A stretch of 64,000 nt of DNA, taken from contig CM082586.2 of assembly GCA_040954595.2 (NCBI GenBank), forward strand, positions 1,431,124 to 1,495,123, written 5' to 3'. Below, piece by piece: positions 10,771 to 25,300 of the stretch. Made by a program: the position numbers and the translations under genes. This DNA comes from Balanoglossus misakiensis (taxonomy: Eukaryota; Animalia; Hemichordata). The notes below the pieces were generated by a model, which was not told the origin of the DNA, searched no databases, and saw only the letters and a list, made by a program, of their open reading frames with translations. The stretch's first letter is position 1, and each line of letters starts with the position of its first letter.

Positions 10771-13399
10771 ATCCACCGTAGCGTTTACTGTCCGCACATG
10801 TCAAAACTAAAGTCCAAATCTCCTTGCAGTTCCAAAGAAATCTTTGTACTAACTGGGGCGAGTCATTACCAGACTGATTTGTCCCATTTGATACCAAGAG
10901 TTCTTTACTTTGCTGTGAACAGGCGTGTTAAACTAGTTTGTTTAACGAGAGAGAAAATAACTAGGCAAAAAGTCACACGAGGAACTTTGTTCAGCTATTA
11001 TCTCTGGTGTGCGAGAGTCTTGAACATTCTTGAGTAGTTTATACATGTACATACCAGATAATTTGCACATCAACACAGACGTAAATAATCGCACGCACAT
11101 GAGAGGAAATTTCCATACCGCATTATATACTTAGACACCATCATTTTGAGCGGATATAAAGTACATATATCTGCCGGGCACGACCTTCAAACACTAATTA
11201 TGATAAACCAGAAAGAATACTGATGTCGCTTTTGTCCATTGAATCACATCTACAGTTTTGTCATTTTTTTATTTCAGTGTGGCGCATATTTTAGTATGAT
11301 ATAGGAGCCACGAGTTTGTATTTTCAGTAACACCATGCATGTCAGGAATCAATATGCTGAAAAAAATGTTATTATGATTGGATGTGTGATAGATAACAGT
11401 GGGGGTATTACATCATATGTCGACGTTTCAATGTCATTTGAATGTGATTATGCAGACTGCCCGTGACACGATATTAAATATAATCTGTAATAATAGGCGA
11501 GAACATCATCCACTTGGAAAATATCATGACATTGGCAAGTAAAGTTGCGCAGAAGAATAAAAGAGGACCTTGGGAACAAACTCCGACAGTCACGTTTCAG
11601 ATATTCCCTTTGATGTCATGTAATAATGCCCTTGAACGTAACGCTTCCGTCTCACGTCTCTGCTGTTTCCATAGAAGTGTGTCAGACTGGAGTTTGACTG
11701 TCAACTATCATGAAATCTTGCAATTTTGCCAAGTATGCGACATGAGCTCTGAAAGTAGGCACAAAGAAAACACTATCTACACAAACCACCTTCAGGGTAT
11801 GAACATAGAGGCAGAGCTGCCGGACGGATGGACATCCTATTTCAAGAGTCTATCTCAATGACAGTCAACCTCCGTTGGTTTGGCGACAGTTTCAACTAGT
11901 GTAAAATTTTAAAATGCGAATCATAAGTTTGCAATCGCATCTGCAATTTTGTCCTTGGAATTATGCGACGTGCGGCAAAGCGTTGTGATCGTTTGGTTAA
12001 CATTACGACCCTTCTGATATTTTACTCCACATAGCGTGTCATGGTAACCTTGAGTCGTTTCACTTCGCAGCGTGTCTCTAGTATTTAAGTTTCATACTAA
12101 TAAGTATGGAAGGCCATGATAATTAAGCTCGATTTACAAATCATATATGTGCTTCTATTCACCCGACCTGCCCTATTCCGACCCACCGACCTCGACATTT
12201 TCAAAAATCACGCATGGATTCGCTGATTTTTGTAGGTCATATAAAGCTTCTTCCTTTCGTCACACATTACAGGTATACCTACAATAGTTTACATCATAGG
12301 TCTACAAAGATAATAGAGATAATAGACAGACAGGTTGAACTGTTGGGCATGCGGAGAGACAGACATAGGCCTAAGAATTACAGTTAGACAAACAAAAATG
12401 TTTACAGTTAGACAATCAGGCCAGCTAGGCCTCTTAACAACCACTGTGAACCTGTGCTCGACAGGGGTTCACTGTAACAGGTGATAGGTAAGATATAACA
12501 CTGATCAAGACCACACAGTGATACAGGGTTATACCTATATAGGGCGGCACATTCATATTACCGTGACTAAAGCCCGGTTTTTAGTGCTCCATGGTTGTCA
12601 CCTTTCGGAACTCGGGCGCTGATTATACTTTACATGCATGCTTGGCAATCCCACAGCTTATCAACCAATCAATCAACCCAATCAGTCCTAACCATAAAAG
12701 TGATAGACTGATTCCAATATTAACGACGTCAGCGACAACATCAGCACTGGCCTACCTCCACAAACAGTGGTAAACTTAAAAACATCAGCAACATATGCAA
12801 TCACGATCTCAAATGTATTCCTACAGATTTCCTTTCAAGCAGTTTGTTTAATTTCTGGCACACTGCATGAGGCTCTTGCGCAAGTGAAAAAGTCAAGAAT
12901 TATTAAGACCAATCTCCATCTTCAGTTTTAAAAAAAGGCTGTAGGCTAGACAACCGTCTTTGACAGTGATGCCCGAGGAGGATCTTACAATACCAGCCAC
13001 CAAAAATATAAAAAGAGCGAAATATAACAATTCCCTTTTGTTGAAGGTACATGGAGAAATCTTATACAATTGTTATGTAAATCACACTGGGATCCACGGA
13101 TATGATAGCATGGACAAAAGAGAGTGACATATCTTCCAGACCCAAAATGACGTGAATAGGCGGACAAAATTAGTCAAATCAGCCGCACACTCAGCCAAAT
13201 CCAAACATTTATCCCTGTATTTTCGCATTAAAAATGTATGGTATTTGTAAGACTGAAATCCAAGAGGACGTTCGCACCTTCTCTTGGATAATATTTTAAA
13301 ACAAGTCGGAATCAACATCCACAATTTTGTGGCAGAATGTGGTTGATTTCACGAAATTTGGGAAGCATCAATTTTCATTGTCAAACTGGGAGAAACCAT

Positions 13400-15277
13400 T
13401 GCGGTCGTGCCAGGGGATGGAGGAAGCATTCGGCCTGTAAACGACGCAAAATTATTGATCTGGACACGCGACTATTTCGTGAACTTGTCAAGGATTATGA
13501 GTAAAGGCTATATTGTTCTGCTAAAGTGATATTTTACCAATAAATGAAACACTGGAGCAAACCAAAAACAATCTCCGTACCCTATATCTTTTGTTCGAAA
13601 GGGCCAATGATGAGGCATTCTGGGTAATCGAAGATCTTGCTGAATGGCCGCCATTTCTCCTAGACCTATTTATTGTTGCCAAAAATTCGTCTTTGTTCAC
13701 GAGTTTCATGGTAATAATTTCTCATTTTTAAACTGGTCTAACGCTTAATACTTAGATTTTTGAATTTTTATTATGTTTCAGTGAAAATTTCCCCAAAAGA
13801 CGTGGTTTTCGAGAATTTTCGACGAGGTTGAATTTGCCGTATTCAATATCACTTGGACTCATTATGTGCGTCGATCAGATCGGCAGTCTCAACCGATTTT
13901 ATCGTCATCATTTCGCTGTAATTTTCGACCCTTTCATTTTACAGGTCCGCCACTTGGTGAAAATTGTTAACTAGATAAGACAGAAGCATCAGGCGGGCTC
14001 TAAGGTATTTCATCTTCATTTTTGTTTGGTTATTTTGGTAATATTTTTGGCACGGTGACCATACTGAACCACATCGACCAATGGCAGTCGTATATCGTCA
14101 TCGGCAAATTATCATTTCCCCGAGTCTATTTTCAACAGAACTTGTGGATTTTCGAACTTCTGATCGGACTAATGTACTCAAACCAGTTCAGTTCACTACC
14201 CTGATAATTTTTTATGCGGTTCAAGACATTTCGACCGTTTTGCAGCGACAGAACGACAACTTTTTGACAGCAGTCGACCACCGGCGTCTTTAGCCCTACA
14301 AGTCTAGTGTATTGACAATCACTGCGGTCACCGTAGTGTTGTTTATTTCTTGATCCTCTCATGTAAGTTGCGGTTTACCACGCACGCGTTTGTTTATTAT
14401 TGCATATGTTTTAAATATTTAACCCGAAATTTGACAAGTGCCCTTACAACCAAAACACAGCGCCCAATAAAGCGGAAATTTGGACGAAATTAGAAGTACG
14501 CACTCGCAGGGCGAGATCAGCTTCACTTCAGCGCTTTTTGCCATTGGCCAAGCCGGGTGCCCTTCTAGTAAATTTTGATAATACACCATTCTGAAACTTG
14601 AAGAAATCATGTGAAAATGTGTCAGAAAATGATCGTGTGTATGTTTTACGGTAGAAAGTAGCAGGAAATCTGGTGCTTCCGTGAAGGTTGTCTGGAAGCT
14701 GAGTGTGCTCGGGTACAATATGTAATGAATGAAAGGCGACTTTGTTGTTTACGAAATCAACATTGAAATGAACATTCGCGATATCACAGCCACAATACTT
14801 GTTGTGGTCACCCTCAATCAGTCTCGTTTAGTTTTTTTGGTCATCGGCTAACCTAATCCCGTGGTTGTGGCCCAGGTTTTATTATACGACTTCCTGTTTC
14901 GTTATCACAGAGTGACTTGTCAACTCACCACTGCTTTTTTGACAGCAGGGGTTAGGGTCATGTGGTTTACCAGTTTGCGTTGTGCACAGAAGGCGTTCCC
15001 TACCCATATATTTAAAATCCCTCGGACCCAAAGGTCATTCATGGTGACCAAATATTTTGTTTATTTCAGAACCTTGGTCAGGAAAGCTTTTTTAGACAGT
15101 CTGTAGTCAAGCTTTTGGAAAAAGAAACCAGTATATTTCATTGGTAATATGCTAATGAGATGCTAATATAACTTTACCTTTTCTCCCCTTTTTTGTAGGT
15201 TGGCGTTTTTTGTCCAAGCATTCTTAGGACTTCTTTGGACTTCGGTTCAGCAGTGTCTGTTTCATGAGATCAAGTTG
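13400..15277 (+). promoter_or_regulatory. CpG-rich promoter and 5'UTR exons of the ZNF800-like gene
   Basis: CpG density is raised. Candidate non-coding exons are about 13944-14004, about 14139-14362 and 15199-15277 (TTGTAG|...TTG|GTGAGT), splicing to the acceptor at 15442. Confidence 0.5.
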
Positions 15278-15458
15278 GTGAGTTAATAGTATATTGGTTT
15301 TGTACATTAGAAAAAAAAATTCCTGTCAATATTAATTTTGTGAGTTTTCCCAGAACAACCGCCTTCTGTAATGAAGGCCAGCCACAAGTGGTGGTTAGTC
15401 AAACATGTACCATGTCTAACTTGATTCTTTCTTTTTTGCAGAGTGGACTGTATTGGAG

Positions 15459-17747
15459 ATGGCAACAATGGCAAAACCCAAGCCAAAAGATCCCACCATT
15501 CTTCAGAAACCAGTCATACTGGCCAAAAATGGGGTTCAGCAAATTTTTGACTGTTTCCGCTATGGCACAGCGGACTTGAAGGTACTTCTACAGCATGAGG
15601 TAGACATAATTTATGAGTGTCGTATGTGTCGTAGTCTATTCCGTGGCCTGCCAAACTTCATCGACCACAAAAAGTCGTACTGCACAGACCGTGTGAGCAT
15701 CGTCAAAGATCTTGCCAGCAGTAATCCGAATAAAGATGTGCAGAATATCTTCCGGAGGGTGAGCGAAGAGATGCCGCAATTGGAACTGGAAGTGTCGGAA
15801 GGGAGAGAACCGAAAGCCAAAACAGCGGAAGACGCTCCGCAGTCGAACGCCGGAGAAGAGTCTGAGACGTCATCGAAGAACGAGTCGGTCCTGGTGTTTA
15901 AACCAATACAGTCCACCTCCAAGGCGGTGTACCAACATCTGATGAAACCGAAGACCAGCGATCTCAGAGAGAGAATACTGACAGCTAAGCAGAAGATGAC
16001 CTCGCCCAATACCAGCCCTCCTACTAGAATAACCACGGTTATCGGCAGCGGACCGCTTGACACGTCTGGTCTTATTGAAGAGATCAGTGCCAGGAGAGCT
16101 GCTCACTCAGGAGTGGTGGTTGTGCAGCCAGAGTGCCCTGATAAAAAGTATGACACCAGGTCCTTGGGCAAGAGTGAAATGAAGCCCATGAAGACAATCT
16201 TCAAGGCGAAGGAGGTGGTCAAGAACAAACACATTGTGAAGAAGAAAATCCTGGCAAATAAGAGTAATACCAGTAAAGCTAAAAGTTTTGCTGCCACCAG
16301 AATTCAGAATCTGAAGCCGTTCAGTGGTCCCAATCCAAACCATCCCATGTGTGTCCTCTGCAAGAAAATATGCAAGAATCGCACTTCGCTGGCTTGGCAT
16401 ATGCGTGTCCATAGCAAGCATCTGTATAAGTGTACGATGTGCTCGTATTTCAACTACTCCAAAGATTACCTGGAGCAGCACCTGCGACACCGGCACGAGG
16501 CGTCCGAAGCCGAAATCCAGCAGGTGTTGTCGAACCGCATAACCACAAACAAGGAGTTGGATATCAAGAGTGACAAAGAGGTAGCAGTGTACACCATCCT
16601 GGTTAAAGAGAGCCACGATGTCCCCCAAGCCAGTCCAGCCACCAGTCCCTCTGCCAGTCCGAAAGCAGAGACGAAGACAGATGATCAGAAATCTGCAGAT
16701 TTGAAGGTCAAAGAAGAGCCGAAGGAGAAAGTTACAGTGCAGACCACAGCCAATAAAGTCAGCCCATTGCAGCTTCACAAGTGCTCGATGTGTGAAAAGA
16801 CCTTCGCCAGCAGGAGGAATCTAGCCAGGCATGAAAAGCAGCACATGGCTCAAGGCAGCGACAGAGAGGAGGATGCAGAGACCAAGCCAGAGTCCAAAAT
16901 GATGAAGAGAGCTTCAGGTAAATTGGAAGATGTGACCAAAGCACAGGCTGAGGTGGAAGCGCTCATTGATGTCAAAGCCATGAAGTGCCAGAAATGCCAC
17001 AAAAGGCTGTACAACATCTACTCTTTGCGACACCACGTCAGAAAGCACTTTGGCTACAATAGCTACAAGTGCAAGTTCTGTGCCTTCAAGACGACTGACT
17101 ATTCAAATCTGAAGCGGCACCTTGGTCGAAAGCATCCCAAGAAGTTCACCAATCCAGACGATATTAAGTCGGCTATTCGCTCCATGAAGAATGGCGTCTG
17201 GCTGTCATACAGCGGTGCGCAGCCAGGCAAGCCGAATGACACCGAAGCAGCACCTGGTGCCTCTGAAGTCAAGAAAGAAATCCCATCACCACAAACTAGC
17301 ACAAGCCCATCGGTGAGCGCCAGCCCTACACCGAGTAGCACCAAGTCCTCTCCAGGCTCGAGCCCCAGAACACTAATCCGGTTGGAAAGAATTCCGGTGG
17401 CAGAAAGAATTCCGGTGGCTTCGAAAACGGAGAAGGCGGAGCAGCCACCAACCAAATGTGGCTCCGGCTATGTCAACCCAGTGAAAATGGCCGCCATTGC
17501 CATGATCATCAACGACAAACTGCTGCGCTGTCTCAGGTGTAAAAAGCAGTTTGATAACATCCAACTTCTGAAGAAGCATGCGGCCAGACACTTGGGCTAC
17601 AACACGTACAAATGTAAATTCTGTGCTTTCGTTTCTCACAGCTACTCGTGGTTCAAACGACACTTGACACGCAATCATTCCCGTAAAATAAAAACCGAGG
17701 AGCAGTTAAGTAAGTTAATGAGTGAAATGAGAGCTGTGCAATTCTAA
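15459..17747 (+). CDS. ZNF800: C2H2 zinc-finger protein, ZNF800-like (single coding exon, ~762 aa)
   Basis: The N-terminal block GVQQIFDCFRYGT..LL..EVDIIYECRMCRSLFRGLPNFIDHKKSYC matches the characteristic ZNF800 N-terminus. Several dispersed C2H2 fingers follow (CVLC..HMRVH, CTMC..HLRHRH, CSMC..HEKQH, CQKC/CKFC and CLRC/CKFC pairs). The first ATG is at 15459. Confidence 0.85.
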   Translation: MATMAKPKPKDPTILQKPVILAKNGVQQIFDCFRYGTADLKVLLQHEVDIIYECRMCRSLFRGLPNFIDHKKSYCTDRVSIVKDLASSNPNKDVQNIFRRVSEEMPQLELEVSEGREPKAKTAEDAPQSNAGEESETSSKNESVLVFKPIQSTSKAVYQHLMKPKTSDLRERILTAKQKMTSPNTSPPTRITTVIGSGPLDTSGLIEEISARRAAHSGVVVVQPECPDKKYDTRSLGKSEMKPMKTIFKAKEVVKNKHIVKKKILANKSNTSKAKSFAATRIQNLKPFSGPNPNHPMCVLCKKICKNRTSLAWHMRVHSKHLYKCTMCSYFNYSKDYLEQHLRHRHEASEAEIQQVLSNRITTNKELDIKSDKEVAVYTILVKESHDVPQASPATSPSASPKAETKTDDQKSADLKVKEEPKEKVTVQTTANKVSPLQLHKCSMCEKTFASRRNLARHEKQHMAQGSDREEDAETKPESKMMKRASGKLEDVTKAQAEVEALIDVKAMKCQKCHKRLYNIYSLRHHVRKHFGYNSYKCKFCAFKTTDYSNLKRHLGRKHPKKFTNPDDIKSAIRSMKNGVWLSYSGAQPGKPNDTEAAPGASEVKKEIPSPQTSTSPSVSASPTPSSTKSSPGSSPRTLIRLERIPVAERIPVASKTEKAEQPPTKCGSGYVNPVKMAAIAMIINDKLLRCLRCKKQFDNIQLLKKHAARHLGYNTYKCKFCAFVSHSYSWFKRHLTRNHSRKIKTEEQLSKLMSEMRAVQF

Positions 17748-20700
17748 TCTAATCATGGACAATTCCCAACATTGATCTAGCATTTGAAGAAAAATGCCCA
17801 TAAATACTTGGTAATTGCTGTCCTTAAGTCAGATGTATCCTTTGAGAAAACTAGGGAATTTCTGTAGTATATGTGTGTCTTCAACCTTTTGAGCACCTCT
17901 CTCTGATCCAGCCCTGTTGTTTTTGTCAGTGTCACCCTGAAGACGTATGGAAAGGGGAGGGGCAGAAAAAGCTTACTTTGCCAAATCGGAGAAAGAAAAT
18001 TGATGTGTATCTGTTGATTGAGTTGTACAGAGTGAGTGAGAGAGAGAGAGAGAGATTGTGATACTTCATCAGAGATTGAATTTGAAATGATGTGTATCCA
18101 AGAGACAGGATCACATTCTTTTCACCTTTCATGTACTTATTCATTTATGGTACAAAACATTGGAACATTGGTTGCCATGAGAAATGTTATGATGGCTGAT
18201 GTGAACTGCTTGTTTTTGTCAGTAGTAAATCTTAAATATATGTTTCACCCTACTGCCTGCGTACAAAGTGTACCCTGTTTGCAGTAAAGAATCAATTTTC
18301 CCAATATTCTTTTCTAGGAATCAAATGATTGAATTCCTTTTGCTTCAGTGAAGAAATTCAATTTCAAAATGATGTACAAGAGTTGAATACCACATGATAG
18401 AAGGTTGACAAACTCTTACTACATTGTAACATAAAGAAATTGATTTCTCATTGAAAAATTATTTTGTGAACACATTACACGTACCTGTATAAAATAATCA
18501 TGTAACAATGGTGTATCTTGGTGTCTTATGATAGGAAAATTTCAGTGTCACGTCACCAGAAGAAAAAGTATTTTGGTGATAAAAATAGCCATTTAGGTAC
18601 TTAATACTGGAAGATTGTTGTGATGATTATGGATAAAGAGTGTTAAAATATACTTGTTGCAAAAATGTGGAACGTCTGTGGTCAAAAGTCAGTGCTCTGT
18701 GTTAACTGCTGGTGACATGTATATCCATGATATCTTGGTCTGGCTTGTTTGGTATGTAAACCAGCGATAGCGAAAGAAGTTTTTGATAAAATTTATATAT
18801 ACTGTACGTAATAATCAAACGTAATTTGCAATGGTGCTTTGCTGTCAGTTTACTGATGGACTGGTTTATGGCTCATGATTGATGTTTCATTGGTGTTAAA
18901 AGCTTGGATATGTGAGTGTTTGTCCTGTGCATCTCTTGTCTGCATGATATTTTTCAGCAGTACCGTTGATAAATACAAAATTATGTCATGAACTTTTCAT
19001 CAGTATCACACAGCTTCTTAATCTTTTCATAGAGAGTTATTATCAGAAATTCAGTATCTAGATGTATCATTGACAATGCAGCCAAAATCAGCTGCGTACA
19101 TTTATAGTTAAACTGAATCAGGAAATTCTTGTCAAATACAGGTGCAGTATTTTCCTTCACAGTACAGTACTTTGATCTGAAATCATGGATGATCTGTGCA
19201 AAACAACTCAATTTCAGTATGGGCTGTGTAATGTAATGGCTTGATCTTTTGAGCTACAGTTATTTTTGCTAAAGTTGGGTAACATTAGTGAATGATTTTT
19301 GACAAACAGTAATGCGTCTGGTACCTGTTCATGCCGACTGCATTGATATCCCAAGGGGAACCCCGGCAAAATGACTGGGGAATCCCAGGGTACCACCCTT
19401 AACAAAAACACTGAGCTGGGTTCATCAGTTAACAATAGGCCTACTCAGGGAGTTCACTGGTAAAGCAGACAACCAAATGAAAGCTGGATGAAATTCTGCC
19501 ATGGTGTTATTGTCCTTGTGCAAACTTTATGTTTGCAATACTGTCATAGGCCCTGTGGCACACTTTCTAGCACATAGTAATAACTTGTGTTTGTTATCAT
19601 TTCTTTGGCATTCTACAGAGACCAGATTAGTGAAAATTGATTGTTCATGGTGCCTCATAATTTATTTGATAGTCATATGTGTTTAACAATAGATGTATAC
19701 ATATTTGATACACATATCTCATTTTGTATAGCACAGACTGCAAAGTACCGGTACACAGTAGCTGGTAGATTTTACAACTTGTTTGTTTCTGTAACTAAAA
19801 GAGGAAGTGGCTGATAATAACAGCTGTCAGCATGCCATTTGATTTGCTTCAGTTGTGATGTTTATGATCATGGGTGCACCTAACCAGTGTCACAGATCTG
19901 TCCGATTTGATTATTTAAATTTTCCCCATAAGGTTTCCCCCGTCACCATAGCAATATTTCCTAAATATGTATTTGACTTTTACTTTGAAAAATATTAGAA
20001 AATTAATTTTATTATTAGACTTTACTTCTATCGTGTATAAGTGCTTAGAGTTAAGTATTATTTCAGATACGTTGGAAAATATTTATTTTATTTAAATATG
20101 GCTTGATCTTGTTTTATTTATTTAATTGCTGTGTTTATAGAAGTTTATAATATAATTTAAAGCAGTTATTTTATTGTTGGAATTTATACTGGTTGTTTCC
20201 CTGTTTCTGTTCTGATGTGAAGTTCTTTTATGTTGTGTTATGGTGGACATGTGCTGTTTTTCCATGCATAGAGTCAGTATCTGTGAAAAACCTCATCCCA
20301 TTTATGTTTGTGAAAATACATTAGATACACTGAAACCTTATGAATAAACTTGAAAAGAAAACTTGCTAATGAAGAAACCTACTGAATTTCAGTGCCTGTG
20401 GCCATTGGTTTTAGGCACAGAACAAATTGCAGTTTCAATCATATACTTTTCAAAACCAAAATTAACCAACTTCTGTACACAACTATTATTATCCTGTTTG
20501 ATCTAAGGGGTAAACAGTGCCCTCTATAGGGCAGACGTATTTAACATCTGGATGATATTTCTACTGATTAAAAATCTGTTTCTAATCATGACATCGAAGT
20601 AATGCATTTACAACCACCTGTAGTAATCTTGACCTATTGTTACGTTGCCACAACTTTGGAACGTTATTTTGAGGGCTAGTCTGTTGGAAAAGCTCTGTAT

Positions 20701-22325
20701 AAAAATATTTATTTAGGTGGATATTGTTTTCTATTTAGGAAACTGGTTAACTCAGTTAAAGACTATGCACCCAGTACGTATATATCTTCTTTCATCAATA
20801 TAGTACCTGACCTGTCAAAATTAGAGTGTAAATTTCCCCCAGAATAATGAAGTTGGAGCCGCAGTTTAAATTCAAGTAGTTTGAAAAGTATAGTCAGTAG
20901 AATTTTCTACCAAAAGTGAAATTCCTGAAAAATTGTATGTAGTTAAGATTTAAAATATTGAATTTGTATTTTGTGGCCTTTCAATTTATTAATTGGTCTT
21001 GCTTGGAAATTGCTGAAATTTGGAGCAAATTTGAAAGTTGAAAAAAAAGTTTTTGTACACATTGTACTTAAGCAGTTCTGTACTGGCATCATGCTTACAT
21101 GGTAATTTATTTCTGTTGTGCAATATAGGCTTTCAAAATGTGTATTAAAAAGTTCATGTTGAGTATACATACTTGTGTGTTGGACTGAGTGGATTTTGAT
21201 CCATATCAAATAGTTTTAACATATTTATTGTTACTTCGGAATGAAACATGAAAGGTAAGTTTTCATCTATATGTAAGGAAAGCATAAAAAATGCCACTTC
21301 TAGTAATAAATTAGTGCAAAAGAAAGTAAAAACACAAACAAAAATCTATTTAAAACAAATTGCACTCAAAACTCAAAAAAGATACACAAAAATTAAAAAA
21401 AAATAAAACCAGTTAAATAGGAAAGTAAATAGCACCAAATATTTTCTCAACTTGCATAGACTTATTCAGTATGAAAGGGACAAAGTATTAAAATAATTGC
21501 AATGTGTGTGTAAACCCTGGATTCCAGATGTTATTGTTCTGTGACTGAATCATGTGAAGAACGAATGGTACCTTATATATATGGATTCTCTTCCAGATGG
21601 TTGATTTCATAAATGGAAAACAGTGCAATATTTTCTTCCTTTCCAGGTTTCTTTCCTGTCCCTAAATATGGAAAACATCTGTTCAGAATGTCAGAGATCA
21701 AACAGAACATTGCAGTCCTCAAAATGCCACCATGATAAAATACATATGACAGTGTTGTAAGATTTAAGATGTAGTAAAATATTTGGATTTTACTTGAAAA
21801 TAATAGGGTTGAAATTAATCTTATACGTGTACGATACAATAGAGGATCAATGTAAATTTTAGTTATTCTGATAGCGTAGTATTCATTTACTCAATGTTTG
21901 TTTGCATTTTAGTTGTTATTATTGAACTTTGTGTACAATGGGGAAAGATATTTTGGTCAAAAATAAAAATATGCACCAACATTTTTAGCACACACTCACA
22001 ATTTGATATGATAGCTGTATGGACTGGCCCAATACCCAACAATGTAAATGTTTCATGAATTATTAATGAGGTCTAATATTTAACCAATTATTTTTTGTGC
22101 TTTGGGTAATATTTATAAGTTTTTCTTCTTTGCAAATTTGTATCCAGATTCAACTGTTTGATGGCATTCCTGAGAATATATGACTATTTTGGTCCCTGTC
22201 TGTAACTTGTAAGTCTCAGAGAATGCTAGAATTTGACTATTGATTTAATACTTCATATATTCTTTGCCCACTCTTGCACTCCATTCTATATGAGCACACA
22301 CCCTATGTTTTCTTTCCATCCATGT

Positions 22326-25300
22326 CTAGTTCAGAGTGCCCACAACTGTTTCTGCCAACTTTTTGATCTGTGGCTGAGGACTGTACATCAACTTCTCCAC
22401 CAGTTTAAGTAACGAACTTTCACTGAAGACAGATTTGAAATAAGAATCTGCAAAATACAAACAAGATTTAAAGTCACCATTGATTACATAATGACAAATG
22501 GATGTGAGCATTTCACATTCAGATTTTAGCTAAGACAAACAGCAGTCTTCCACATATATTCTGACAAACGTACCTTTTAGAAGCTGTATTAACGTCCACA
22601 ATGATATGTGATTAAAGCTGACATCGGTGCTCTGCAGAAATCTCTCCATGTACTTCATCAATCCTGACAGATTTGAAGCTATCAACTTTGCATCGAATTC
22701 TGTCAACATTAAAACAAAATAAAATTTTGATTAAAACAAAATAAGTCTCTCCATACTTCAACCACCTGTTAGTTGCAAACTACGTCAACATATTTATTTC
22801 AGATGAAGTCCTTATCCGTACCTATTTGTACCAGCTGACCAATTGTCCCTGCGCAGTTGTATTGTACTTCTTTGTCCGGAGAACAGGCGGCCAGGTTGAC
22901 CAGTCTCTCAAACGTCTTACCATTCTTGACTGTGGTCAGTCTCATCTTGGCTTCATCTGGTTTGAGAGAATTTTACAATTATTAGAAGTGTCACAGAGAT
23001 GAATGTGCATGACAATCCCATTGTTTTCACTACAGTGGCTGGGTCCATACATTGGTCCATGGGGGTGGCAGGTTGAATACTTACCATCACCTGCCAAGAC
23101 AGCCAAAGCTGCTGTCACTTCAATCTGTACACTGATCGGAGAGGAGGGTTCCATCAGATTGACCAACAGACTGTCCACAGCACCATTGTGAAGTATTGGC
23201 TGTGAACGTAGTAAAACAAGAACCTGTTAAAATCTGTAGTGCAAAGTGCCAAACAGTGGTTTTATACAGGTAGTTACCTGCAATTTTGTTAAAGGTATAC
23301 AGTCACCTATGCAAATTTACACACGGTTACCATGGAAAGTGGAGATCTGGTCAGAATCTCACCTTGATCTGTTCACCAGCTGCTAAATTCCGCATAGTTC
23401 CTGCTGCATGGCATTTAGACTCAGCTAGACTATCTGGGTCTCTCAAAATAGCACACAGTTCAGGTAGAAAACCCTCTGTTACTATGGTGACCTGTAAAAT
23501 AAATAGTGATTGTTTTGAATAGACCCCAGGAAGTGGGAAAATTGTTCAGATTGCAGTTTTTTTAGCTGATAAAAACTAACCTCATTTTTGCGATGGATCG
23601 ACAGATTCCTAAGAGCAGCCACAGCGGCACACTGTGTATCCTTGACGCCGTGTTTCACTATTTCATGAAGATACGGCAAGGCGCCTAGGTTGACTATCAT
23701 CACTTGGTTGTCATCTGAAAGAATCACAGACAAGCTCTGTTGGTCACTCTTGTCCAGTTATGAACAGATTCATTGACTTTCAGACATCAAATAACTTCTC
23801 ATAGCCTAGGAGTTGTACAGTACAACAATTATGATGACAATGTTAACAGCTTACCGTCAGATGCTAGATTTCTCAGTGCAAGACATGCTTGACATTTGAC
23901 CTGTAAAGAAGCAAGCATGAAATACAGAATATAAATGTAATCCTTTGCAACATACAGGCCACTTACTGTGTTTGATAGCATTGTAAGGGGAAAAAGAAAG
24001 AGAGAAAAAAATGTCTGACCTTTTCTGTTTGGCATGGAAGGAGTTGAATCAGCGATCTGATGATGTCATAATATCCAATTTGTGTCATTTGTGCTCGATA
24101 GTCACTGTCCACTGCGATGTTACTCAGTGCAGCCGAGCAGTAGTAGAGCACTTCGGAATCTTTGGATCTCAGACAACTCACAAATTGTGGTATTGCACCT
24201 TTGGAAACCATCTCGCTGCGATTGGACTCTGGTGGAGAATAACAATGAATGGTTATGAATTTTTTAAAACTGTATTTACATCAGGAGTAATAAATAAATA
24301 AATAATAAATAAATTTATTATCATGAACATTATCTGCAGTACAGAAATTTCACTGCATGTAAAATCCAAGAACAAAGGTTTGCAGACAGCTTCACCACAT
24401 CAGCTATCTGTAGCTTGGGGGCAGGGACCTCATGCTAGCCGTCTCACAAAAAACTGAAACCTTGGCAACTACAGTAACCACTAGCACTTCACATACATCC
24501 CTGGGAAACTGAAAAGGTTTCTGCATGCTAGGCTACAGAAATGCCAGTATCTCTGACTCAATCAATTTACTGCAAAACACAAAATATGGATTTCACCCTG
24601 AGGCAGACAGGTATGCATTCATGTATCCCAGGTTTCAGTGAAAATGATCACAAATTACTGAGGAAGCGTTTTGGCTGAGGATTCAGGCATATGTAATGTT
24701 GTTTCTTGAGGGGAATTTTATGTACATGTATACACTTAGTACAGCCAAATTAAAAACCTTTTCACAAGAACTTAGACTTATTATAGAAATCACCATGTCT
24801 AGTCTCAAGTTCTTGTAATTTGGTGCAACCAGCATCCAACCAATTATGCCCAGGGCACAGTCATTGTATATAGAGGGACTGCGCCCAGGGTAATGTACAT
24901 TAGAGGCCAACTATACAAATGATGGTTACTTCCTGCTTGCATTGGGTTTCGTTCTAGATAATTTGTTTTTCAATGATTTCACTCATGCGGTGGCCAGTTT
25001 TTGTTCCTATCTTGCGTAAGATAAAAGCTCCCTGCATATTGTACTCACGTATATGAGTCAGATTTAGCAGAGCACCAGTCGCGTTCCTCTGTACCCGTAT
25101 GTCTGTCGATTTGGCGAGCGTCAAGAGAGGACCGATGCCACCAGCTGCTACCACAGCTTTCTTGTTCGCATCTGTGTTGCGACAAAAAAATGTCGGAAAA
25201 TACATCATTTAGCGACATTTTAACAATATGAAAAGTCACCTACAATGGGATTGACACAACAGAGGTGAAATAGCTGTGAAATCCACATTGAAGCTTCTAT

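Noticed and set aside
11514-11861. ORF containing ELPDGW, resembling the start of a WW domain
   Set aside because: It lacks the aromatic doublet and second Trp-x-x-Pro, stops soon afterwards, and has no convincing splice context.
17836-17845. GTATCCTTT U12 donor consensus
   Set aside because: It lies in the ZNF800-like 3'UTR with no matching branch site, acceptor or downstream exon that I could identify.
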